Assembly: GCA_963699755.1 (NCBI GenBank)
Contig: CAVOVB010000001.1
Location: 1,056,001 to 1,120,000 of the forward strand
Reading direction: 5' to 3'
DNA length: 64,000 nucleotides
From: an uncultured delta proteobacterium
Lineage (GTDB): Bacteria > Myxococcota_A > Polyangia > Polyangiales > Houyiibacteriaceae
Shown here: positions 48,248-57,170 of the stretch, one piece after another
Numbering within the stretch: the first letter of the stretch is position 1
Layout of the letters: every line of letters begins with the position of its first letter
Translations under genes and position numbers: made by a program
The notes under the pieces: generated by a model
The model's database searches: none
Seen by the model: the letters and a program-made list of their open reading frames with translations, nothing else
Told to the model about the DNA's origin: nothing

Positions 48248-49108
48248 CTAGATTCGGTCGGGCAGCATTCGTTCGCCGAGCTCTTCGCAAAGCGCTTCGA
48301 GCGCGGAACGGTCGGGGCCTTTCCAACGGAGCTCGTCCAACGATTCCACGATCGGGACGTCGGTACGCAAGGTCGCAAGCGTTCGATAGAGCATCGCATC
48401 GTCGCGATGTTCGCGAAGGTTCTGCGCAAGGCTCGCCCCGCCGCGGACCTTCACGCCCCAGTCGAGATGATCGTCGGAGATGTTCTCCAGGTGAACGAGC
48501 TCTGCGAGCACCGCAGACGCGCTCTTCGCCCCCCAGCGCGCGATGCCGGGGATTCCATCGGCCATGTCACCGACCAGCGCCAAGTAGTCCGGGATCGATT
48601 CCGGCGACACCCCGAACTTCTCGCGAACCCCGTCTTCGTCCAAGGTGATCCCGCGGCGCCGGTCGAACGTCACCACTTCGCTAGCGCGCACGCACTGACA
48701 AAGATCTTTGTCTGGAGAGCAAATGACCACCTGCTCGACCTCGGGCGAGTCGGCAAACTTGGCGGCGGCCGCTGCCAGCGCGTCGTCCGCCTCGAATTGC
48801 ACCATAGGCCAGGTCACCATGCCCAGGGCTCGGCTCGCGCGCTCGACGAGTGGGAACTGAGCAAAGAGCGCAGGCTCGAGGCCTTCGCCGGTCTTGTAGC
48901 CTTCGAAGAGGGCGTTACGGAACGACTCGACTGTCTGGTCGAACGCGCAGCCAAGGTGCGTGACCGCTGGGTCCCGGAGCATCACCGCCATCGAGCGCAT
49001 GAAGCCTCGGGTCGCGCCGACCTCCTGCCCGGTCCGCGACTTTGCCTCCGGCGCACCGAACCAGGAGCGAAAGAGCTCGTAGGTTCCGTCGATCAGGTGG
49101 ACCTTCAT
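48248..49108 (-). CDS. Stand-alone 5'-3' exonuclease/flap endonuclease (PolA N-terminal-like)
   Basis: LIDG, FRNALFEGYK, EADD, SPDKD, LVGDMADGIPGI..WGAKSA. Confidence 0.92.
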   Translation of the reverse strand: MKVHLIDGTYELFRSWFGAPEAKSRTGQEVGATRGFMRSMAVMLRDPAVTHLGCAFDQTVESFRNALFEGYKTGEGLEPALFAQFPLVERASRALGMVTWPMVQFEADDALAAAAAKFADSPEVEQVVICSPDKDLCQCVRASEVVTFDRRRGITLDEDGVREKFGVSPESIPDYLALVGDMADGIPGIARWGAKSASAVLAELVHLENISDDHLDWGVKVRGGASLAQNLREHRDDAMLYRTLATLRTDVPIVESLDELRWKGPDRSALEALCEELGERMLPDRI

Positions 49109-49272
49109 CCTCCGCTCTTATTGCAGTTCCACGCCGAGACAGCACGCAGTTGGCAGAAGGACTCGCATTACGAGGACTTGTGGGACGATCTTCTACATAT
49201 GGCCGAAGGCGGACTGCCCTGCCGCGGGGTAGGGTTTGCGAAGCGGACTGTAAGATAGTCACGTACATCAAA

Positions 49273-49319
49273 CCCCCAAGTATTGCGGGTTTTTTTTTGC
49301 ATGCCCCAACATCTAGTAG
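49273..49319. promoter_or_regulatory. Tandem NrdR boxes
   Basis: CCCCCAAGTATTGCGG (49273) and CCCCAACATCTAGTAG (49304) match acaCwAtATaTwGtg, starts 31 bp apart, upstream of an RNR gene. Confidence 0.75.
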
Positions 49320-49519
49320 CATGCGAATAATGACCATACATAAAGTGTCATCTACTGCGATTTGAGCCTCGGAGTTCCATGACTCGATGCGAAACATTGG
49401 AATTAACCCCTATTCGAAGGGTACAAAGGCTCGATATTGCTGCAGAAAAGAAGAAAGCACATGAGGCTGATCGTTTCTGCTTGACTGGCCCCGCCCCTCG
49501 GAGCTACTTCGCAGGCTCG

Positions 49520-49568
49520 CCCCAAGCGGTTGTGGTGGCTGGGAGGCTGCCATCGCAACCTATTGTGG
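49520..49568. promoter_or_regulatory. Second, weaker pair of NrdR-like boxes
   Basis: CCCCAAGCGGTTGTGG (49520) and TCGCAACCTATTGTGG (49553), 33 bp apart. Confidence 0.45.
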
Positions 49569-49654
49569 GGCGATTGTGGATAGTGGGTGGGTCACCTGGG
49601 GACGAAGGGTGAATTCTACCTGGATGGTGAGTTGCGTCTGGTTGGAGGTATGCT

Positions 49655-52600
49655 GTGGCGTTGGATACGAGGGGAATGAGTAGCAATCTAGAGATCGAAG
49701 GTGCCCGGCGAGCGGAAGTTTCGCAGAATGCCGGCGGTCTTTCGATGGAACGCAAGCTGACCGAGGCGGGTACAGACCCGCTGGAGGCGGTGGAATACGT
49801 CCTTCGCGACAGCCAGATCACCAGCTCGGACGGCTCGGTCGTCTTCGAGCTGAAGGGAGCACAGGTCCCTGAAGGCTGGAGCCAGCTCGCGACCGACATC
49901 GCGGTGTCCAAGTACTTCCGCAAAGCCGGCATCAACGGAGACAAGAACCTCGGCGAGCGCAGTGTTCGTCAACTCGTCTATCGCGTGGCGCACTCACTCC
50001 GCGAGGCGGGTGACAAGTTCGGTGGTTACTTCGCCGACCAAGAGGCAGCGGACACCTTTGAGGCTGAGCTCTCTCACCTGCTCATCCATCAGAAGGCGGC
50101 ATTCAACTCCCCGGTCTGGTTCAATTGCGGCCTTTATCAGCGCTACGGCATCGAAGGCTCGGGGGGAAACTACGCCTGGGATCCGGAGAAGGACGTCATC
50201 TTCGAGACCAGCACGGCGTACGAGAACCCACAGTGCTCCGCCTGCTTCATTCAGGCCGTCAATGATGACCTCATGGCGATCTACGAGCTGATCAAGAACG
50301 AAGCGCGCCTCTTCAAGTATGGCTCGGGCACCGGCACCAACTTCTCGAAGATTCGCGGCAAGCAGGAGAAGCTCTCGGGCGGCGGCACCTCGAGCGGCCT
50401 CATGAGCTTCCTCGAAGTACTCGACCGCGCGGCAGGCGCTACGAAGTCCGGCGGCACGACACGACGCGCCGCGAAGATGGTCTGCCTCGACATGGATCAC
50501 CCGGAGGTCGTCGACTTCATCGAGTGGAAGGTTCGTGAAGAGAAGAAGGCGAGGGCGCTGATCGAAGCCGGTTATGAGTCCGACTTCAACGGCGAGGCCT
50601 ACCATACGGTCTCCGGCCAGAACTCGAACAACTCCCTTCGCGTGACCGACGAGTTCATGAATGCAGTCGAGACCGACGGTGAGTGGAAGACGACGCTGCG
50701 CACCAGCGGCGAGGTCTGCGACACGTACCGCGCGCGCGACATATGGCGAAAAGTGGCTCAGGCGGCATGGGCCTGCGCCGACCCTGGCGTCCAGTACGAC
50801 ACCACGATCAACGACTGGCACACCTGCCCGAACACCGACCGGATCAATGCTTCGAACCCGTGCTCCGAATACATGTTTCTCGACAACTCGGCATGTAACC
50901 TGGCGTCGATCAACCTTTCGAAGTTCCTCGACGAAGAGGGACGCTTCGACATCGAAGGCTATCGTCAGGCGATCCGCATTCTGATCACCGCGATGGACAT
51001 CGTGGTCGACTACGCAAGCTACCCCACTCAGGAAATCGCCAAGAACAGCCACAATTTCAGGCCTCTCGGCCTCGGCTATGCCAATCTTGGCACGCTGCTG
51101 ATGCAGCTCGGTATTCCCTACGACAGCGACGAGGGCCGGACGATCTGCGCCGCGCTCACTTCCATCCTCTGCGGGCATGCCTATGCGACTTCTTCGGAAA
51201 TTGCGGCGAGCAAGGGTCCCTTCGCGGGCTTCCAGCGCAACCGTCAGCCAATGCTTCGTGTCATGGGCAAGCACCGTGAAGCGGCCTACCGCATCAACGA
51301 GGCCGGCGGCCCTGGAATGACCGACGACGAGCCGACCGCTTGCCCCCCCGGGCTGATCCAGGCGGCGCAGGAGGATTGGGACCTGGCTTGCAAGCTCGGC
51401 GAGCTCTACGGCTACCGCAACGCGCAGGCGACCGTGCTCGCACCGACCGGAACCATCGGCCTTTTGATGGACTGCGACACGACTGGGATCGAGCCGGACT
51501 TCGCCCTGGTAAAGTTCAAGAAGCTCGCGGGCGGTGGTTACTTCAAGATCGTCAACCAGAGCGTTCCGAACGCGCTCAAGCGGCTCGGCTACACCGACGC
51601 GCAGCTCGCAGACATCGTCGCCTATGTGATGGGCACCAACACTTTCACCGGCGCACCGCACTGCGGGCGCAAAGGCTTGCTCGAGAATGGGCTAACCGAG
51701 CGCGAGATCGAAAAGGCCGAGGCTGCCCTTCGCGGGGTGTTCGATGTCGGCGCGGCGCTGGCACCCTGGGTCATCGGCACCGAAGCCTACGAGCGACTCG
51801 GGATCGACGCCGCGACCTACAACAAGCCGGGCTTCCATCTGCTCCGCTTCTGGGGACACAGCGACAAAGAGATCGGTGAGATCAACGACGTCGTCATCGG
51901 CCGCATGACGGTTGAAGGCGCGCCGCACCTCAGGGCCGAGCACCTTCCGGTGTTCGATTGCGCAAACCGTTGCGGCAAGATCGGTGAGCGCTTCATCGAT
52001 CCCATGGCTCACGTCCACATGATGGCCGCAGCCCAGCCCTTTTTGTCAGGCGCGATTTCCAAGACGGTGAATCTGCCGAAGGAAGCGACCATCGAAGATG
52101 TAGAGGAGATCTACGAAGAGGGTTGGAAGCTCGGTCTCAAGGCGATCGCGCTCTATCGGGACGGCTCGAAGTCGTCCCAGCCGCTCAACACCAAGGACGA
52201 CTCGAAGGGCGAGGAGAAGGAAGAAGCCGCTCCGAAGGCGAAGGCTGCTGCACCCGTTGCCGAGGCTCCGGTCCAGGAGTGGCTCACGCCGCCGACCACC
52301 CGGCGCCATCGTCTCCCGAAGAAGCGTAGCGGCTTCACTCAGGAAGCGCGTGTGGGTGGACACAAAGTATTCCTTCGCACAGGCGAATACGTGGACGGCT
52401 CGCTCGGTGAGATCTTCATCGACATGCACAAGGAAGGCGCTGCCTTCCGCTCCCTGATGAACTGCTTCGCGATCAGTGTGTCGATGGGCCTCCAGCACGG
52501 TGTGCCGCTGGACGCGTACGTCCGGCAGTTCACCTTCACACGCTTCGAGCCGCAGGGCATCGTCGAGGGTCATCCGAACATCAAGTTCTCGACTTCGATC

Positions 52601-52945
52601 ATCGACTACGTCTTCCGCGTGCTCGGTGTCGAGTACCTCAAGCAATACGACTTCGCGCAGGTGCCGCCGAAGGAGGAGCAGGAAGAGCTCCAGAATCCAA
52701 CCGACGTCGCCGCGGCGCATCGCCTCGAAGGCGCGCAGTCAAGCGAGCCGCCGCCGGCGATCGAGCCGGCCGAGCAGGTCACCTTTGGCTTCGATGACGG
52801 AGGCCACCAGGCGAACGCGCTCGACCAACAGCTCGGCGAGATGATGGGGGACGCACCGATGTGCGACAAGTGCGGGCACATCACGGTTCGCAATGGGGCC
52901 TGTTATCGCTGTCTGAACTGCGGCAACTCCATGGGCTGCTCCTGA
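49655..52945 (+). CDS. nrdJ: Class II adenosylcobalamin-dependent ribonucleotide reductase
   Basis: FNSPVWFN, PQCSACFI, SNPCSEY, APTGTIG, GAISKTVN, C-terminal TSCPD-like region and Zn ribbon CDKC...CYRCLNC; GGAGG before GTG 49655. Confidence 0.96.
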   Translation: MALDTRGMSSNLEIEGARRAEVSQNAGGLSMERKLTEAGTDPLEAVEYVLRDSQITSSDGSVVFELKGAQVPEGWSQLATDIAVSKYFRKAGINGDKNLGERSVRQLVYRVAHSLREAGDKFGGYFADQEAADTFEAELSHLLIHQKAAFNSPVWFNCGLYQRYGIEGSGGNYAWDPEKDVIFETSTAYENPQCSACFIQAVNDDLMAIYELIKNEARLFKYGSGTGTNFSKIRGKQEKLSGGGTSSGLMSFLEVLDRAAGATKSGGTTRRAAKMVCLDMDHPEVVDFIEWKVREEKKARALIEAGYESDFNGEAYHTVSGQNSNNSLRVTDEFMNAVETDGEWKTTLRTSGEVCDTYRARDIWRKVAQAAWACADPGVQYDTTINDWHTCPNTDRINASNPCSEYMFLDNSACNLASINLSKFLDEEGRFDIEGYRQAIRILITAMDIVVDYASYPTQEIAKNSHNFRPLGLGYANLGTLLMQLGIPYDSDEGRTICAALTSILCGHAYATSSEIAASKGPFAGFQRNRQPMLRVMGKHREAAYRINEAGGPGMTDDEPTACPPGLIQAAQEDWDLACKLGELYGYRNAQATVLAPTGTIGLLMDCDTTGIEPDFALVKFKKLAGGGYFKIVNQSVPNALKRLGYTDAQLADIVAYVMGTNTFTGAPHCGRKGLLENGLTEREIEKAEAALRGVFDVGAALAPWVIGTEAYERLGIDAATYNKPGFHLLRFWGHSDKEIGEINDVVIGRMTVEGAPHLRAEHLPVFDCANRCGKIGERFIDPMAHVHMMAAAQPFLSGAISKTVNLPKEATIEDVEEIYEEGWKLGLKAIALYRDGSKSSQPLNTKDDSKGEEKEEAAPKAKAAAPVAEAPVQEWLTPPTTRRHRLPKKRSGFTQEARVGGHKVFLRTGEYVDGSLGEIFIDMHKEGAAFRSLMNCFAISVSMGLQHGVPLDAYVRQFTFTRFEPQGIVEGHPNIKFSTSIIDYVFRVLGVEYLKQYDFAQVPPKEEQEELQNPTDVAAAHRLEGAQSSEPPPAIEPAEQVTFGFDDGGHQANALDQQLGEMMGDAPMCDKCGHITVRNGACYRCLNCGNSMGCS

Positions 52946-53055
52946 CCGGGCGATCCGCTGCTAGTCAGGCGCTCGCACAAGGGCCGCGCAATGGGGATGA
53001 TCGGCCCATCCCTTCCCCTCAGCGGTATCTAGAATTGAGCTGAAACGCCTAGGCA

Positions 53056-53074
53056 TGAACCCGCGTCGGGCTCA
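53056..53074. terminator. Hairpin between convergent nrdJ and the sORF
   Basis: TGAACCCG-CGT-CGGGCTCA: 8-bp stem (one G-U pair on the minus strand); no clear U tract. Confidence 0.35.
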
Positions 53075-53143
53075 GCCTGGAAGTCCGATCACCAACAAGA
53101 AGCCGAGTGCCCAGACGCAGAGCACTGCAATCAACGAACGCAT
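53072..53143 (-). CDS. Putative 23-aa single-pass membrane microprotein
   Basis: GGGAGG, 5 nt, ATG; MRSLIAVLCVWALGFLLVIGLPG*. Below the ORF-track length cut-off. Confidence 0.55.
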   Translation of the reverse strand: MRSLIAVLCVWALGFLLVIGLPG

Positions 53144-53370
53144 CGTAGCCTCCCATTTCAACTGGCCCACCATCGGGTCGCTATATCGGAATTCTGGGAT
53201 CGTTCGACTTGGCTTTCCATACGTAATTCTTATCCTTTTTTGCCGGAGCAAGAGCTGTGCGCGGATAGGTTCTCATGGGGCGGGTTCGGTGCCAGCCACA
53301 GCGGCGGTGTCAGCCCGCGAGAGCGACTCGCTGCTTTGCAGCCGTCTTCGTCGGGCTCTACACCTCTCTC

Positions 53371-54198
53371 ATGCGCCTCTCCTTCTACAAGTACGAAGGT
53401 CTCGGAAACGATTTCCTGATCATCGAGAAGGAAGAGCTTGGCGGCACCCCACTCACGACCGATCAGGCCGTTGCGCTCTGCGATCGGCATCGCGGGGTCG
53501 GAGCCGACGGTGTGCTGCTACTCGATCTTGCCACGCCTTCGATGCACGTCATCAACTCCGATGGCTCGGTTCCCGAGATCTGCGGCAACGGACTTCGTTG
53601 CGCCGCCTTGCATCTTGCGCGTCGTGCCGGCGCGACAGCGCTCGAGGTGACGCTCGATACCCTGGCAGGGCCGCATCCCTGCGTCGTCGTGAATCGGCCA
53701 CAGGCTGAATCGGTCGCCGTGCAGATGGCGCCGCCGTCTCTTCGGCCGGCCGACCTCCCGCTGAGCTCGGCGACGCCCTGGCTCGATCACCCGCTCACGG
53801 TCGATGGGCGCACGGTTCACCTGAGCGGCGTCTCGATGGGCAACCCGCACGCAGTGACCTTCGACGAGCTTGGCGACGCGCGCTTCGAGCTTGGCCCAGC
53901 GATTCAACGTGACCCGCATTTCCCGCGAGGCGTCAATGTCGGCTTCGTTTCGGAGCGTGAAGGGAGCAGCATGCGTTTGGACGTTCTCGAGCGAGGCGCA
54001 GGCTGGACCCAGGCCTGCGGAACCGGCGCCTGTGCGGCCGCCGTTGCGGCGGTCGAGACGGGGCGGGCCGAGCGAGGCGAGCAACTCAGCATCCGCCTTC
54101 CGGGCGGAACGCTGGCGATTACCGTGCGCGCACCAGGCGACACAGTCCTCATGGAAGGCCCTGCACGCTTCGTTTTTCTCGGCGAAGTCGAGCTCTAG
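53371..54198 (+). CDS. dapF: Diaminopimelate epimerase
   Basis: ATG at 53371; KYEGLGNDF, GVGADG, CGNGLRC, MGNPH, ERGAGWTQACGTGACA. Confidence 0.96.
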   Translation: MRLSFYKYEGLGNDFLIIEKEELGGTPLTTDQAVALCDRHRGVGADGVLLLDLATPSMHVINSDGSVPEICGNGLRCAALHLARRAGATALEVTLDTLAGPHPCVVVNRPQAESVAVQMAPPSLRPADLPLSSATPWLDHPLTVDGRTVHLSGVSMGNPHAVTFDELGDARFELGPAIQRDPHFPRGVNVGFVSEREGSSMRLDVLERGAGWTQACGTGACAAAVAAVETGRAERGEQLSIRLPGGTLAITVRAPGDTVLMEGPARFVFLGEVEL

Positions 54199-54240
54199 CT
54201 GGCGGATTGCAAGAACGCCGCATTCAGTCAACTTTGCCGG

Positions 54241-56292
54241 ATGGCCCGTACCTTCCTTGGAGCGCTCACTGTGCTCACCGTCTCCTTGTCGGCAATCGGC
54301 TGCGGCAACGACGATCGCGCCTCGATACCGGTCGACGAATTTGGCCGCTGCGCGGATTTCGAACCGCTCCGCCAGGTCTATTGGGGCGACACACACATCC
54401 ACACCAATCTCTCGTTCGACGCCAACATGCAGGGCACGCGGACCTCACCAGAGGACGCCTACGATTTTGCCCGAGGCGAGGCGATTTCGCTCCAGCCTTA
54501 CAACGAAGACGGCACTCCGACTCGGATGGCGCAGATCGATCGCCCTTTGGATTTCGCCATGTTGAGCGACCATGCGGAGTTTCTTGGGACGCTGAAGGTC
54601 TGCCTCGATCCGACCTCAGCAAGCTACGATACGCCGCAATGCGAGAGCTACCGCGCTTCACTCGAATTCAACGCCGACCCCGGTGCTGCGGAGGGAGTCT
54701 TCATCACGGTCAACGTCCTGCTCTCCTTGCCACCTCAAGAGACACGCTATCCGGCGCTCTGTGGACCAGGCGACGCAGCCTGCCTCGAGGCGGGCCTGGA
54801 CGTCTGGGCTGGGGTCGTCGATGCTGCACAATCCGCGTACGATCGCAGCGATCGCTGCCAGTTCACCACCTTTGCCGGCTACGAATGGAGCGCCGGCCCC
54901 GGCTCGGCGAATCTCCACCGCAATATCATGTTCAAGAACGAGAACGTGACGGCGGTGCCGTACAATTACTTCGACGAGCCCTATGTGGAGGGCCTCTGGG
55001 ACCGCTTGCGGGAGGAATGCATCGACGCCGACACGGGCTGCGACGTGCTGACGATTCCTCACAACAGCAACCTCTCCGAGGGCCGCTATTTCGAGAACGA
55101 GATGGCCAACGGAGACGTGTTCACCGCCGAGTACGTCGAAGCGCGAAACCAGATGGAGCCGATCATCGAGATCTACCAGCACAAGGGCGCTTCGGAATGC
55201 CTGCCCGGCTCTGCGACCGAGGATGAGCTCTGTGGCTTCGAGATCATTCCGTTTTCCAACCTGGCATGGACCAACCTGGAGCGGATTACACCGCCAGACC
55301 CAAAAGGCTTTCTGCGCGTGGCCTATGGAGAGGGCATGAAGCACGAAGCAAGCCTCGGGACCAACCCATTTCAGTATGGCATCACCGCTGCGACCGACAC
55401 GCACGTCAGTGCCTCGGGCTTCGTGTCGGAGGACGACTTCAAGGGTCATGGCGGCGCAGGTCAACCGAACCGCTTCCTTCCCCCGCCCCAAGGCTTCCCC
55501 GATATCGAGTACCTGAGCCCCGGTGGCCTGACCGCGGTTTGGGCCGAAGAGAACGCGCGTGACGCGATTTTCTCGGCGATCCGTCGCAAGGAGACCTTCG
55601 GCACCAGCGGGCCTCGGATCCTCGTGCGGATGTTCGGCGGCTGGGACTACCCCGAAGATCTCTGCAGCGCCGAGGACCTGGCCGCGCAAGGCTACGAAGG
55701 AGGGGTTCCCATGGGCGGAACGCTTGGCCCGCAACCCGGCCCCACTTCACCGGTGTTCGTCGTGTCGGCCAAGCAGGACGCGGCGGGCGCTCCTCTGCAG
55801 CGCATTCAGATCGTGAAAGGCTGGCTCGACGGCGACGACTACCAAGTGAAGGTCTACGATGTCGCTGGCGACAAGAACAACGGGGCGACCGTCGACCTCA
55901 GAACCTGCGACACGCAAGGCGCAGATTCGGCAGACCTCTGCGCCGTCTGGCAGGACCCGAGCTTCGATTCCACGCAGCGCGCCTATTACTACGCTCGCGT
56001 CCTCGAGAACCCGACCTGTCGCTGGACCACCTTGCAGTGTTCCCAGGCCGACTACAACTGCAACGAATGGGACTTCGAGGCCTGCAAGGCGCTGAAGATG
56101 AACCAAGAGAGCAGCTACACCTGTGATTGCTGCGATCCGGCCATCGGCCTGCGACCGGACATCTGCGACGGCGTGAGCTGCGATGATCCTGGCGCACTGC
56201 CTGAGATCGAAGAGCGCTGCTGCCACCAGGTGGAGCCGGCCATCCAGGAGCGCGCCTGGACTTCACCGATCTGGTATCAACCCCCGCGCTGA
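54241..56292 (+). CDS. DUF3604-family lipoprotein (PHP-like metallohydrolase fold)
   Basis: Lipobox AIGC; WGDTHIHT.LSFDA, LSDHAE, NLHRN, IPHNSN, TDTH, GTSGPRI, QERAWTSPIWY. Confidence 0.85.
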   Translation: MARTFLGALTVLTVSLSAIGCGNDDRASIPVDEFGRCADFEPLRQVYWGDTHIHTNLSFDANMQGTRTSPEDAYDFARGEAISLQPYNEDGTPTRMAQIDRPLDFAMLSDHAEFLGTLKVCLDPTSASYDTPQCESYRASLEFNADPGAAEGVFITVNVLLSLPPQETRYPALCGPGDAACLEAGLDVWAGVVDAAQSAYDRSDRCQFTTFAGYEWSAGPGSANLHRNIMFKNENVTAVPYNYFDEPYVEGLWDRLREECIDADTGCDVLTIPHNSNLSEGRYFENEMANGDVFTAEYVEARNQMEPIIEIYQHKGASECLPGSATEDELCGFEIIPFSNLAWTNLERITPPDPKGFLRVAYGEGMKHEASLGTNPFQYGITAATDTHVSASGFVSEDDFKGHGGAGQPNRFLPPPQGFPDIEYLSPGGLTAVWAEENARDAIFSAIRRKETFGTSGPRILVRMFGGWDYPEDLCSAEDLAAQGYEGGVPMGGTLGPQPGPTSPVFVVSAKQDAAGAPLQRIQIVKGWLDGDDYQVKVYDVAGDKNNGATVDLRTCDTQGADSADLCAVWQDPSFDSTQRAYYYARVLENPTCRWTTLQCSQADYNCNEWDFEACKALKMNQESSYTCDCCDPAIGLRPDICDGVSCDDPGALPEIEERCCHQVEPAIQERAWTSPIWYQPPR

Positions 56293-57170
56293 TGCTGCGG
56301 CCGCTCCTCCACTTCTTCGTGATTGGCGGCCTGCTGTTCGGCGCCAAAGCCATCTACGCGCGGAATCGAGCCGAGGGGCCGGAGATCGAGGTCCGGGTGG
56401 CGGCCGACGCCAGTGAAGCAGAGGTCGACAATGCGGTCCGCGAGGCAATTCTGCTCAACGAGGCCCGGCGCTATCGCTGGGATCGAACCGACCCGGTCGT
56501 GTACACACATCTGGTTCGCAACATGCGTTTCATCGAACCAGACTCCCCGGACGACGACCCGACCCTGTTCCAGCGCGCCGTCGAGATGAACATGCAGGCC
56601 CACGATCCGATCGTTCGGGCGAGGTTGCTCTATCGCGCCGGCGCGGCGCTCGAGTTTGTGCCCGAGGATCGCATGCCGGGCCGCGAAGAGCTCGAAGAGC
56701 ACCGCCGCGCGCACGGCGACCGTTTCGAACGTGAGGGGCGCCTGCGTTTTCAGCACGTGTTCTTGAGCCGCTCGAAGCGCGGCGAAAGCCTTCTGTCCGA
56801 CGCACGGGAGATGCGGCAACGACTCTCAGAGCTCGGCGATGCGGCGCCGACGGGGCTTGGCGACCCCTTGCCGGGCCTTCGTTCCGAGCAATTCGCGACA
56901 CCATCGGAGCTGAAAGACGAGTACGGCTTGGAGCTGGCAAAGATCGTGGAGGAGGCCATCCTGGGCGCCTGGCGCGGCCCGGCCACCTCGGTGTACGGCC
57001 TTCACTTCATCAAGGTCATCGACGTCGACCCGCCCTACGTGCCCGCGCTCGACGTCATCGCGGCCGAAGTCCGTGCCGATCGGCTCCGCGAAATCCGCAA
57101 GGAGCTTCGCGAGGAGCGCATGGCCGCGCTTCGCCAAGCCTATCGAGTCCAGATCGAGAGGTCGCCCTGA
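56292..57170 (+). CDS. PpiC/parvulin-like (Rotamase_2) exported protein
   Basis: PLLHFFVIGGLLF N-terminal anchor, DPIVRARL, FQHVFLS, GPATSVYGLH; TGATG coupling to DUF3604. Confidence 0.78.
   Translation: MLRPLLHFFVIGGLLFGAKAIYARNRAEGPEIEVRVAADASEAEVDNAVREAILLNEARRYRWDRTDPVVYTHLVRNMRFIEPDSPDDDPTLFQRAVEMNMQAHDPIVRARLLYRAGAALEFVPEDRMPGREELEEHRRAHGDRFEREGRLRFQHVFLSRSKRGESLLSDAREMRQRLSELGDAAPTGLGDPLPGLRSEQFATPSELKDEYGLELAKIVEEAILGAWRGPATSVYGLHFIKVIDVDPPYVPALDVIAAEVRADRLREIRKELREERMAALRQAYRVQIERSP

Noticed and set aside
49200..49260. Possible cobalamin riboswitch upstream of nrdJ (ACTGCCC ... ACTGTAA)
   Set aside because: Fragment spacing is wrong and no GGGAA or B12-box elements are seen; an Rfam scan would settle it.
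49994..51661. 555-aa minus-strand ORF opposite nrdJ (likewise 37916-39193, 42646-43944, 30348-31418, 54658-55734, 57263-58306)
   Set aside because: In-register antisense frames of clear genes in high-GC DNA; no family motifs.
53055..53708. 217-aa plus-strand ORF between nrdJ and dapF
   Set aside because: Overlaps dapF out of frame, has no motifs, and conflicts with the better-supported minus-strand sORF.
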